A stretch of 62,282 bases of DNA, counting the filler, from Chiloscyllium plagiosum (lineage: Eukaryota): assembly GCF_004010195.1 (NCBI RefSeq). It is 5 parts of one record of this genome, joined end to end, with 100 filler letters (N's around TTAATTAATTAA, not from the genome) between each part and the next. Parts side by side here need not be neighbours in the genome. Positions count along the whole stretch, not along the records: positions 1 to 22,489 come from NC_057716.1; positions 22,590 to 43,528 come from NC_057716.1; 3 more parts are not named here. The stretch is one strand, 5' to 3'. Under the pieces are notes generated by a model that was not told the origin of the DNA, searched no databases, and saw only the letters and a program-made list of their open reading frames with translations. The position numbers and the translations under genes are program-made. Numbering within the stretch: the first letter of the stretch is position 1; every line of letters begins with the position of its first letter. This document shows, one piece after another, positions 12,126-24,290 of the stretch.

Positions 12126-13383
12126 GATTCACAGCTCTGGTGGCGATTTGAAAACACTCCACTGACTGCAAAATGGCTGAGCTGAGACCATGAAAGAAAT
12201 GCCAATCTTGAACCAGCCCTCGCAAACCCCCCAACCCCTCCCCCCACCCGCCCAACCCTGGTCTTGGATAATAGATGGGCAATGGGTCTCGGAGAAAAGC
12301 TACCCGGATTCCGAGAAGAGCATGTTGAAATTCCAACAGGACGACATTCCTGACAGAGCTGAGGAGTGGGTACATCTGCACTGTGTAAAAGCACAGCAGC
12401 TGTCACTGTTTTAGACAGAGCAGGTTAAACAGGGTACGAGGGCTCAGCCAAAAAGTTGCAGTCATGAAGGTACCCTTACTCCAGTCATTTTCCAATGGCT
12501 GATGTCATCTGGTGGGACGTTGTTTGTAAGTCACTGCGGGATGCAAGAGAAAGTGCCATGATGTCAGTCACTTAATTTCACTTTCCACCCTCGCCGCTGA
12601 GCTCAGTGACCTCAGATCACAGCCACTATTGCCATTTTCTCAGACAGCAGTGGCTGATGATGGATTCCACACTCACCACTTACACCATCTGATCTGCCTG
12701 TTGTGACTATGCCTGGTTCATTAGCTCCTGTCGTGTTATGACGCGAGCCGTCATTCATTTCAGACACTTCATCACGCCCACCCTCTGCCTTCTAATAGAC
12801 TTCCCCTGTTGCCCTCCCCTCCCTGGTATTGACCTTGCATATAAAATGTTTATTCTCAAACAGCCTCCAAGCTCCACCTGAAAGCAGAATTTTCGACAGG
12901 GGTGACCAGAGGCTGGGGTGGCCTGAAGATGTCCGCTTTCAGCTGGCATACCCTTCTGCTGCCCTTATTGGGTGTGGGGTGAGGTGTGGGGGGTGAGGAG
13001 CTTGCGGGAGGCTTGGCAGGTGAAGGCCCATTAGGGTCTTGGACCCTTCTTCTCAGAAACCTTCTGGAATTTTCTTCAGGGACTCCACTCAGTGCAAACG
13101 TCATTCGATCAAAATGGTGGCGACATCCCTTTGGCAGCCATGGCTCGAGGGGGTGGGGGTGGGGGAGGGTGCAGGTGTAAGGTAGAGGGGGGTTGGTGCT
13201 GGTTGAGGGCCACAGCTGCTGGTTGGTCTGTGGAAGTTGTCCTCCATCTTGAAGCGCCTTCTCATTGTCTTAACTACATCAGCAGCCCCTTCCTCTGCTG
13301 TCCCCAATTGACCTTCCATTCAGGAGCCCACACTGTGAGCTCAAATTGGCCACAACTGACCGTTGCCTCAAAAAGATTACAGT

Positions 13384-13680
13384 AGATTACTTACTTACAG
13401 TGTGGAAACAGGCCCTTCGGCCCAACAAGTCTACACCAACCCTCCGAAGAGCAACCCACCCAGACCCATTCCCCTACATTTACCCCTTCACCTAACACTA
13501 CGGCAATTTAGCATGGCCAATCCACCTGACCTGCACATATTTGGACTGTGGGAGGAAACCAGAGCACCCGGAGGAAACCCACGCAGACACGGGGAGAATG
13601 TGCAAACTCCACACAGACAGTTGCCCACGTCTCTGGCTCTGTGAGGCAGCAGTGCTAACCACTGTGCCACTGTGCCGCCC
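13384..13680 (-). mobile_element. HE1-type SINE
   Basis: Reverse strand starts gggcggcacagtggcacagtggttagcactgctgcctcacag. Confidence 0.88.
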
Positions 13681-13764
13681 ATTTGGATGTCTTCCAAACC
13701 ACCATTTCTGACCACACTTCAACCCAGCCGTGGATCCGACACTTAGGAATGAAAATTTGGCCAA

Positions 13765-15365
13765 TAGAACATTGAACATTACAGCACAATACAGGCCCTT
13801 CGGCCCTCAATGTTGCACAGACCTGTGAAACCAATCTGAAGCCCATGTAACCTACACTATTCCATTATCATCCACATATTTATCCAATGATCAATTAAAT
13901 GTCCTGAAAGTTTGCGAGTCTACTACTGTAGCAGGCAGGGTATTCGACACCCTTACTACTCTCTGAGCCCGGTGCTCTGCATTCCTATTACTCCTTCCAA
14001 AGAGAATCATCTCGCACTTTTTTGCCACTCCATTTGCCACCTCTTAGCCCAGCTAAGTAGCTTATCTATGTCTCTCTGTAACATGAAACATCCTTCTGCA
14101 CTGTCCACAACTCCACCAACCTTAGTGTCATCCGTAAATTTACTAACCCATCCTTCTACGCTCTCATCCAGGTTATTTATAAGAATGACAAACGGCAGTG
14201 GGTCCAAAACAGATCATTGTGGTATACCACGAGTAACTGTACTCCAGGATGAACATTTCCCAAAAACTACCACCCTCTGACTTCTTTCATCTAGCCAATT
14301 CCTGATCCAAACTGCTAAATCACCCTCAATCTCATGCCTCTGTATTGAGTGCAATAGCCTACCATGGGGAACGTTATCAAACACCTTACTGAAATCCATA
14401 TACACCACATCAACCACTTTACCCTCATCCACCTGTTTGGTCACCTTCTCAAAGAACTCAATAAGGTTTGTGAGGCACAACCTACCCTTCAGAAAACCGT
14501 GGTAAAAACAATGACTGCAGATGCTGGAAACCAGATTCTGGATTAGTGGTGCTGGAAGAGCACAGCAGTTCAGGCAGCATCCAAGGAGCTTTGAAATCGA
14601 CGTTTCGGGCAAAAGCCCTTCGAAAACCGTGTTAACTATTCCTAATCAACTTATTCCTTTCTGAATGATTATAAATCCTATCTCTTATAACCTTTTCCAA
14701 AACTTTACCCACAACTGAAGTAAGGCTCACTGGTCTGTAATTACCGGGGTTGTCTCTACTCACCTTTTTGAACAATGGGACAACATTTGCTATCCTCCAG
14801 TCTTCTGGCATTATTCCTGTGGACAATGACAGCATAAAGATCAAAGCCGAAGGCTCTACAATTTCCTCCTTAGCTTCCTAAAGGATCCTAGGATAAATCC
14901 CATCAGGCCTAGTGGACTTATCTATTTTCACACTTTCCAGAATTGCTAACACTTCCCCCTTGTGAATCTCAATCCCAGCTAGACTAGTAACCAGTATCTC
15001 AGTATCTCTGTGACAACATTACCTTTTTCAGCTGTTTATAGTGATGAAAAATATTCATGTAGCACTTCCCCATCTCCTCGGACTCCACACACAACTTCCC
15101 ACCACTGCCCTGGATTGGCCCTAACGTTACTCTGGTCATTCTTTTATTCCTGATATACCTATAGAAAGTTTTTCTTGATCCCACCTGCCAATGACTTCTC
15201 ATGTCCCCTCCTGGCTCTTCTTAGCTCTCTCTTTAGGTCCTTCCTGGCTAACTTGTAACACTCAAGCCTTCACGTCTCATTTTTACATAAGCCTCCTTCC
15301 TCATGACAGGAGATTCAGAAAACCACAGTTCCCTCACTCAACCACTTCCTCCCTGCCTGCCAGTT
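13765..15365 (-). mobile_element. CR1 LINE ORF2 remnant with internal deletions and a nested PLE tail
   Basis: Peptides FVILINNLD...SKFTDDTKVGG, CLTNLIEFFEKVT...VYMDFSKVFD and PEDWRIANVVPLFKK...NYRPVSLTS; tail at the left end. Confidence 0.9.
14502..14621 (-). mobile_element. Solo Penelope tail inserted in CR1 with target-site duplication
   Basis: gaaaaccgtg at 14492-14501 and 14622-14631 flanks the insert; the insert's minus strand begins GAAGGGCUUUUGCCCGAAACGUCGAUUUC. Confidence 0.8.
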
Positions 15366-15904
15366 ACACACTTATCATTTCTCTTGGTATCTCTCTTCAC
15401 GTAGATACTCCTCTCCTGTTGAGTGCTCTCCGACATTTTCCTCCCTGGATGTTTTTTCGGACTTCCAACGTGTCACGTGCAGCACTTTTGCATTTGTGTC
15501 AGTCGGCATGTGTCTGTGATTTTGACGTGAACAACATCAATAAAAACTGTACTGATGGTGCTCTTGGCATATTACATCAGAATAGGAAATAGCAGTGGGA
15601 GGAATTTCCAAATGTTATTCATAATTTCTTTGCAGTGGTTTATCACATGAGTCGACTGTATGTTCTACAGCCATCTGAGCCCTCTGGCTGCTCATGTCTG
15701 CAATGCAAGAATGTAAATAAGCTGTTCAGCCTGTCAAAAATACTTCATTATCAGTAAAATCATGGATTATCTTCGACTTCAAATTTACCTTCCCACACCA
15801 ACCCAACTTCTATTAATTAACTGGGTTCAAAATCTGTCACTCTCTCTCTTGAAAGTACTCAATGAATGAACATCTGCAGCACTCTGGGATGGACAACCCC
15901 TTCT

Positions 15905-18900
15905 CCATCATCACGAGGGAAATCATCCCCCATTATCCCGTCACTGGGGTACCCATTCCCCCATTATCCCTTACTACTGGGGAGCTGATCCCCCCATTAT
16001 CCCCCGTCACTGGGGAGCTGATTCCCCCATTATTCCCGTCACTGGGGAGCTGATTCCCCCATTATCCCTCACCACTGGGGAGCTGATCACCCCATTATCC
16101 CCCGTCACTGGGGAGCTGATCCCCCCATTATCCCCCATCACTGGGGAGCTGATTCCCCAATTATCTCCCATCACTGCGGAGCGGATTCCCCAATTATCAC
16201 TGGGGAGCTGATTGCCCCATTATCCCCTGTCACTGGGGTGATGATTCCCTCATTATTCCAGTCACTGGGGAGCTGATTGCCCCATTATCCCCATCACTGA
16301 GGAATTCATTCCCCCATTATACCCCATCACTGGGGAACCCATTCCCCATATTCCCCATCACTGGGGAGCTGATTATCACCGTCACTTGGTAACCCATTCC
16401 CCCATTATCCCCCATCACTGGGGAGCTGATTCCCCCATTATCCCCCATCACTCGGCCCGTCACTGGAAAGCTGATTCCCCCATTATTCCCGTCACTAGAG
16501 AGCTGATTCCCCCATTATCCCTCACCACTGGGGAGCTGATCCCCCCATATTCCCCCTCACTTGGGAGCTGATTGCCACATTATCCCCCGTCACTGGGGAG
16601 CTGATTCCCCCATTATCCCCGGTCACGGGGGAGCTGATGGCCCCATTATACCCCATCACTGGGGAGCTGATTCCCCGATTATCCCCGTCACTGGGGAGCT
16701 GATGGCCCCATTATCCCCCATCACTGGGGAGCTGATTCCCCCCTTATCCCCTGTCACTGGGGAGCTGATTCCCCCATTATCCACGGTCACTGGGGAGCTG
16801 ATTCCCCCATTATACCCCATCACTGGGGAGCTGATTCCCCCATTATCCCCCATCACTGGGGAGCTGATTGTCCCATTATCCCCCGTCACTGGGGAGCAGA
16901 AGGCCCATTATCCCCGTCACTGGGGAACCCATTCCCCAATTATCCCCCATCACTGGGGAGCTGAATCCATTATCCCCCATCACTGGGGAACACATTCCCC
17001 CATTATCCCCCATCATTGTGGAGGTGATTTCCCCATTATTCCCCGTCACTGGGGAGCTGATTACCACATTATCCCTCACCACTGGGGAGCTGATTCCCCC
17101 ATTATGCCCCGTCACTGGGGAGCTGATTCCCCCATTANNNNNNNNNNNNNNNNNNNNNNNNNNNNNNNNNNNNNNNNNNNNNNNNNNNNNNNNNNNNNNN
17201 NNNNNNNNNNNNNNNNNNTCCCCCATCACTGGGGAACTCATTCCCCCATTATCCCCTGTGACTGGGGAACTCATTCCCCCATTATCCCCCATCACTGGGG
17301 AACTGATTCCCACATTATCACCCATCACTGAGGAACCCATTCCCACATTATTCCCGTCAATGTGGAGCTGATTCCCCTATTATCCCCTTCACTGGGGAGC
17401 TGATTCCCCCATTAACCCCCATCACTGCGGTGAAGATTCCCCCATTATCCCCATCACTGTGGAGCAGATCGCCCATTATCCCCGTCACTGGGGAACCCAT
17501 TCCCCAATTATCCCCCATCACTGGGGAGCTGAATCCATTATCCCCCATCACTGGGGAACACATTCCCCCATTATCCCCCATCATTGTGGAGGTGATTCCC
17601 CCATTATTCCCCGTCACTGGGGAGCTGATTGCCACATTATCCCTCACCACTGGGGAGCTGATCCCCCCATTATCCCCCGTCACTGGGGAGCTGATTCCCC
17701 CATTATCCCCCGTCACTTGGGAGCTGATTGCCACATTATCCCTCACCACTGGGGAGCTGATTGCCACATTATCCCCCGTCACTGGGGAGCTGATTACCCC
17801 ATTATCCCCTGTCACTGGGGAGCTGATTGCCCCATTATCCCCCGTCACTGGGGAACCCATTCCCCCATTATCCCCCGTCACTGGGGAGCTGATTCCCCCA
17901 TTACCCCCCGTCACTGGGGAGCTGATTCCCCCTTTGTCCCTCGTCACTGGGGAGCTGATTCCGCCATTATCCCCGGTCACTGGGGAGCTGATTCCCCCAT
18001 TATACCCCATCACTGGGGAGCTGATGGCCCCATTAACCCCCATCACTGGGGAGCTGATTCCCCCATTATCCCCTGTCACTGGGGAGCTGATTCCCCCATT
18101 ATGACCTGTCACTGGGGAGCTGATTCACCCATTATGCCCCGTCACTGGGGAGCTGATTCCCCCATTATCCCCCGTCACTGTGGAGCTGATTCCCCCATTA
18201 TCCCCCGTCAATGGGGAGCTGATTCCCCCATTTATCCCCCGTCACTGGGGAGCTGATTCCCCCATTATCCCCCGGCACTGGGGAGCTGATTCCCCCATTA
18301 TCCCCCTGTCACTGGGGAGCTGATTCCCCCATTATCCTCCGTCACTGAGGTGCTGATTGCCCCATTATCCCCCATCACTGGGGAACTCATTCCCCCATTA
18401 TCCCCTGTGACTGGGGAACTCATTCCCCCATTATCCCCCATCACTGGGGAACTCATTCCCCCATTATCCCCCATCACTGGAGAACTCATTCCCCCATTAT
18501 CCCCCATCACTGGGGAACTGATTCCCACATTATCACCCGTCACTGAGGAACCCATTCCACCATTATTCCCATCAATGTTAAGCTGATTCCCCTATTATCC
18601 CCGTCACTGGGGAGCTGGTTCCCCCATTAACCCCCATCACTGCGGTGAAGATTCCCCCATTATCCCCATCACTGTGGAGCAGATCGCCCATTATCCCCGT
18701 CACTGGGGAACCCATTCCCCCATTATCACACATCACTGTGGAGGAGATCCCCCCATTATCCCCCATCACTGGGTAACCCATTCCCCCATTATCACACATC
18801 ACTGTGGAGCAGATCCCCCCATTATCCCCCATCACTGGGTAACTCATTCCCCAATTATCCCCCATCACTGGGGAGCTGAATCCATTATCCCCCATCACTG

Positions 18901-19130
18901 GGGAACACATTCCCCCATTATCCCCCATCATTGTGGAGGTGATTTATTCCCCCATTATCCCCCATCACTGGGGAGCTGATTGCCCCATTATCCCCTGTCA
19001 CTGGGGAAATCATTCCCCCATCACTGGGGAACTCATTCCCCCATTATCCCCCATCACTGGCGAGCTGATTCCCCAATTATCCCCAGTCACTGTGGTGCAG
19101 ATCCCCCCATTATCCCATGTTACTGGGGTG
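15905..19130. repeat. 33-bp minisatellite, consensus CACTGGGGAGCTGATTCCCCCATTATCCCCCGT, roughly 95 degenerate units, with an 81-N gap at 17138-17218
   Basis: Direct tandem periodicity; the unit yields the 11-aa repeats TGELIPPLSPV, HWGADSPIIPR and MGDNGGISSPV in the ORF track. Confidence 0.97.
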
Positions 19131-19706
19131 TTGACTCCCTCATCCCTTGCCAATGCTGCATACCTCACTACGCAGCCCACTCGGGGCTGTTTCTGTACGT
19201 GCACGTGACCCCTTCACTTTCTGGTGGGCTTGGCAATAAATGAAGCTGTGCCAGACTGTCTGCTGTGTTTGAAAGCTACCATTCTGTGATTTATACACAC
19301 CCAGGATCCTGTCAACCAACATATCCCTTGTCTTTCATCACCTAAAAATATTTTTCTGCCTTTTGCTGTTCCTTCCAAAGTGGATAATTTAATTACTCCA
19401 CATGAAATCCTCCTGTCGTGTTCTTTTCCACTCCATTAACTTGTCCATATTTCGCTGCAGCTACTTGGCTCCTGCTTCACAGATTGCTTTCCTACCTCAC
19501 CTTGTAGCATCAACTTGGACACATTACACTGCCTGACATTCTGTTCTTGCATGCCCTTGAAGGGAAGGCGATGACCGAGTGAGATTGTTGCTGAACTGTT
19601 AATGTGGAGACCCGATAACCTTCTGGGGACCTGGGTCCAAACCCTGCCACAGCAGATGGTGGAATTTGAATCCAACAAACACCTGGAATTAAGAATTTAA
19701 ATCATG

Positions 19707-21192
19707 ACAGGATATGGAAGATATAGAATGTAGGGAAAGAGATGGTGACACTTTGAAAAGTGTCCATATTTCAGAGGAGGAAGTGCTCGAAACGCATAAA
19801 GGTGGATAAATCCCCAGGACCTGATCAGGTGTACCCTAGAACTCTGTGGGAAGCTAGAGAAGTGATTCTTGGGCCTCTTGCTGAGATATTTGTATCATCG
19901 ATAGTCACAGGTGAAGTGCCGGAAGATTGGAGGTTGGCAAATGTGGTGCCACTGTTTAAGAAGGTGGTAAGGACAAGCCAGGGAACTGTAGACCAGTGAG
20001 CCTGACATCGGCAGTGGGCAAGTTGTTGGAGGGAATCCTGAGGGACAGGATGTACATGTAGTTGGAAAGGCAAAGACTGATTAGGGATAATCAACATGGC
20101 TTTATCTCACAAACTTGATTGAGTTTTTTGAAGAAGTAACAAAGAGGATTGATGAGGGCAGAGCAGTAGATGTGATCTATATGGACTTCAGTAAGGCATT
20201 CGTCAAGGTTCCCGATGGGAGACTGGTTAGCAAGGTTAGATCTCAAGGAATACAGGGAGAACTAGCCATTTGGATACAGAACTGGCTCAAAGGTAGAAGA
20301 CAGAGGGTGGTGATGTTTTTCAGACTGGAGGCCTGTGACCAGTGGAGTGCCACAAGGATCGGTGCTGGGTCCTCTACTTTTTGTCATTTATATAAATGAT
20401 TTATGTGAGCATAAGAGGTATGGTTAGTAAGTTTGCAGATGACACCAAAATTGGAGGTGTAGTGGATAGCGAAGAAGGTTACCTCAGATTACAACAGGAT
20501 CTTGATCAGATGGGCCAATGGCCTGAGAAGTGGCAGATGGAGTTTAATTCAGANNNNNNNNNNNNNNNNNNNNNNNNNNNNNNNNNNNNNNNNNNNNNNN
20601 NNNNNNNNNNNNNNNNNNNNNNNNNNNNNNNNNNNNNNNNNNNNNNNNNNNNNNNNNNNNNNNNNNNNNNNNNNNNNNNNNNNNNNNNNNNNNNNNNNNN
20701 NNNNNNNNNNNNNNNNNNNNNNNNNNNNNNNNNNNNNNNNNNNNNNNNNNNNNNNNNNNNNNNNNNNNNNNNNNNNNNNNNNNNNNNNNNNNNNNNNNNN
20801 NNNNNNNNNNNNNNNNNNNNNNNNNNNNNNNNNNNNNNNNNNNNNNNNNNNNNNNNNNNNNNNNNNNNNNNNNNNNNNNNNNNNNNNNNNNNNNNNNNNN
20901 NNNNNNNNNNNNNNNNNNNNNNNNNNNNNNNNNNNNNNNNNNNNNNNNNNNNNNNNNNNNNNNNNNNNNNNNNNNNNNNNNNNNNNNNNNNNNNNNNNNN
21001 NNNNNNNNNNNNNNNNNNNNNNNNNNNNNNNNTTTAAAAGGGATCTGGATGGGTATATGAATAGGAAGGGTTTGGAGGGATATGGGCCGGGTGCTGGCAC
21101 GTGGGACTAGATTGGGTTGGGATATCTGGTCGGCATGGACAGGTTGGACCGAAGGGTCTGTTTCCTTGCTGTACATCTCTATGACCCTATGA
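19707..21192 (+). mobile_element. 5'-truncated CR1 LINE (RT region and 3' tail, with an internal 479-N gap) inserted into a SINE-B copy
   Basis: KSPGPDQVYPRTL, VIYMDFSKAF and KFADDTKIGG motifs; SINE-B halves at 19565-19706 and about 21190-21365. Confidence 0.88.
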
Positions 21193-21554
21193 TTGTCGGA
21201 AAAAACCCACTTGCTTTGCTCATGTCCTTTAGGGAAGGAAACTACCATCCTTAACTGGCCTGACCTACATGCGACTCCAGACCCACAGCAATGTAATTGA
21301 CTCTTAACTGCCCTCTGGGTGATAAATGCTGGGCTAGCTGGTGATACATATAGAATTAATCAAAAGAAAATTGGGGTAGCACCAGCCACTTAGGAGATCA
21401 TGGAGGATCATGTGGCTGTGGCAAAGTCCCTAGTTCTGGACCAGAAGGTCTGGGTTCAAGTCCCACCTTAGGATTTACTGAGCTGTCCACAAGTGTGGAC
21501 TCAGGGATTATGTTTGGCCCTGACCCCACCTCCCTCAGTTCATTCCTTCACTTT

Positions 21555-21650
21555 GGTTCTGGCAAAGAGTTGGCTCGACTCAAAATATTAGCTTGCTCTC
21601 TCCCTACGGATGTTGCCTGACCCGCTGTGATCTCCAGCATTTGTTGTTTT
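21555..21650 (+). mobile_element. Decayed PLE tail module
   Basis: ggttctggcaaagagtt-ggctc-gactcaaaatattagc...gatgttgcctgacccgctgtgatctccagcattt. Confidence 0.6.
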
Positions 21651-22281
21651 CCCTCAGCTCTTTGTTCCGTTATGCTCCTTTAGAGTAAGTGAACGCTGAT
21701 GTAAATCAATGCAAAAACTACAGCCTTCCAGTTAAATCCGCCATAAATGTAATGAGGTCCCGGCTTGTAATTTTGCCAGTGATGTACTCAAAGGTGTTCA
21801 AAGATTTGCAAAGGCTCAACCCACAGAGATATTTAAAAAGCAGCAAAACTTCCTCTCCATCTGTGAATCACTACAAGTTTGTGTGATAGGAGGAGGCTTT
21901 CTGTCACAGTGGGCAGTGTCCCTGCCTCTGAGCATGAAGGCCTGCGTTTGAGTCCCAGGCCAGGACCTGATTACCAAAGATGGTGCGTTCATAAAGCGGA
22001 TTGTGTACCGTCATGTAATTCTGTCCCATGGCTCCATGGCTACAGCAGGATTGTCTCCTGTCCATCCATCATTGATGTAGACTGGTGCGCTGAAAGCTAT
22101 GGTCTCTGGTGATAGGCTGGGGACCTATTCCAGGGAATGTGAGTGACACAAAAAATAAAAGTGGAAGCACATTCTCCATCTCTCTTGTGTGCCTCTAGTC
22201 ATTAATATAAAGCCAACTACTGAGACTTCAACACAGCAGAGAGAGACAGAGAGAGAGATACACATTCAGGTAGAGGAAATA

Positions 22282-23255
22282 TTAATAGACAATAGGTGCA
22301 GGAGTAGGCCATTCAGCCCTTCGAGCCTGCAGCACCATTCAATATGATCATGGCTGATCATCCTCAATCAGTATCCTGTTCCTGCCTTATCTCCATAACC
22401 CTTGATTCCACTATCCTTGAGAGCTCTATCCAATTCTTTCTTAAATGAATCCAGAGACTGGGCCTCCACTGCCCTCTGGGGCAGAGCATNNNNNNNNNNN
22501 NNNNNNNNNNNNNNNNNNNNNNNNNNNNNNNNNTTAATTAATTAANNNNNNNNNNNNNNNNNNNNNNNNNNNNNNNNNNNNNNNNNNNNACTAGTCGTCA
22601 CCTTCCATCCTGAGAAGGACCATTTTACCCCAAATCTCTGCTTCTGCCAGACAGCCAATCTCCTAACCATACTCGTATCTTGCCTCTAAGACCAGGGGCC
22701 CTTAACTTACTAAGAGCAGCTTCCTGTGCAGCACCTTATTAAAGGCCTTCTGGAAGTCCAGATGGATAACATCCATTAGTGCTCGATGGTCTAAGCTGTT
22801 CATTACCACCTCAAGGAATTCTAACAGATTTGTCAGGGATGACTACCCTTGATGAAACCATGCTGCATTTGACCTATTTTACTCTGCATTTCTAAGTATT
22901 CATCTCATCCTTCACAAAGGACTACAAAATTTTATGAATGACTGGGGTCAGGCTAAACGCCCTATAATTTCACGTCACTTTTCCTTACTCCTCCTTAAAC
23001 AGGGGGTTTACTGACATTCCCTGACTCCAGTAATTCCTGCAAGGTCACTACTAAAACCTTCACTATCTCTTTGGCTATCTCCTTCAGAGCTCTGGGGTGT
23101 AGCCATCTGGTCAAGGCGATTTATCCATTTTCAGACCTTTAGGTTTTGCTCGCATCTTCTCCTTGGTGATGGACACCATACTCATCCCTGGTCCCTGACT
23201 GTCTTAAAGTTTTGGGATATTACTAGTATCTTCCACTCTGAAGACTGACGCAAAG
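22282..23255 (-). mobile_element. CR1 3' tail (to 22489) and CR1 RT fragment (from 22590), separated by an artificial spacer
   Basis: Tail sequence left of the spacer; complements of the RT motifs (ttattaaaggccttctggaagtccag, cttgatgaaaccatgctg) to the right. Confidence 0.75.
22490..22589. other. Artificial 100-bp contig spacer N44-TTAATTAATTAA-N44
   Basis: Exact composition seen; the 12-mer gives stops in all six frames. Confidence 0.97.
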
Positions 23256-24039
23256 CTATTTGGACGATTGAATCTGCTCCACCATTCAATGAGATCATAG
23301 CTGATCTGATGATCCACAACTCCAGTTCTCTGCCTTTTCCCCATAACCCTTAATTCGCTTACTGATTAAAAATCTATCTCAGCTTCAAAGAAACTAGCTT
23401 GCACAGGTCTCAGTGGTAAAGCATTCCACAGATTGCTTGCTTTCTGAGAGAGAAGAGATACTTCCTCATTTCTGTCTTACATAAGTCACCCCTTATTCCA
23501 GGATTATGCCTCCGACGTGAGACTCTCCCACAAGGGGAAGCAATCTCTCTGCATCAACATATTTGAACATGTTGATTAAAAATAATTTTTCAACAATTGA
23601 TGCGTTTATTGTTGTGCCGACTATAGAGGAGGCAGGATTGAGTGATCAAATTTTTTTTGTTATTCTCACAATAGTGATCAAGAAATTAATGTTACTGAAG
23701 GATAAGCAAAGGTTTAATGTTAGCAATAAGCTGCTGGAGACAGATTTTTTAAAAATTGGGCATGAAGGAATGTGTATGGATATGTGTGTATGCACATGCA
23801 TGTGTTAGATTGTGATTTTTAATATTTCATAAAAATTGCCAATGTCAGCATGAACTGACAGACTGCAAATGAGCCATTGATATTTAGTCTGCACTCGGCT
23901 CAAAGCAGATCTCCGCAATGTGCCATAAGTAAATGCATAATATTTATTTAGACATCAAGCCTGAATGTCACTGGAACAAACTTCATCTGTATTTGTGACA
24001 TAGAGGGGAAACTGGAAAACAACAATAAAGCAAGGAAAT

Positions 24040-24290
24040 AACTTGCATTCGTATATCACCTTTTATAACCCCATGATATCTCAAAGCCCTTCACAGCCAA
24101 TTAAGTGCCTTTACTTTTGAAGTGCAACTGCTATTGTAACATGGGAAGTGATACAGCCAGCTTACATGTGAATACCACACACCCACACACCTGCATCTCT
24201 ATATGATAAGGGCCAACTAGTCTGTTTTGATGGTTAGCTAAATATCTGCCATAACACTTCAATTTTCATTCAGAATAATACCCTGGTCAT
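24040..24290 (-). mobile_element. Old SINE tail, DeuSINE/SacSINE1-like
   Basis: Complement of ...acttcaaaagta...aattggctgtgaagggctttgag...atatacgaatgcaagtt; similar tails at about 31880-32030 and 47465-47625 (+). Confidence 0.5.

Noticed and set aside
12751..12767. 17-bp match tcattcatttcagacac shared with 48733-48749
   Set aside because: Too short, with no extended similarity or terminal structure, to interpret.
16561..18256. Long ORFs of 220-265 aa with repeated HWGADSPIIP or TGELIPPLSP
   Set aside because: By-products of a 33-nt unit; they occur in several frames and on both strands, with frequent frameshifting indels.
15905..19130. CRISPR-like array (palindromic ~33-bp repeats)
   Set aside because: The units are contiguous with no unique spacers, there are no cas genes, and the context is vertebrate. 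It is a minisatellite.
20396..21248. ORFs of about 200 aa
   Set aside because: They consist mostly of the 479-N gap.
22534..22545. TTAATTAATTAA as a PacI/homeobox site or piggyBac TTAA footprint
   Set aside because: It is always centred in exactly 44+44 Ns, so it is an artificial linker.
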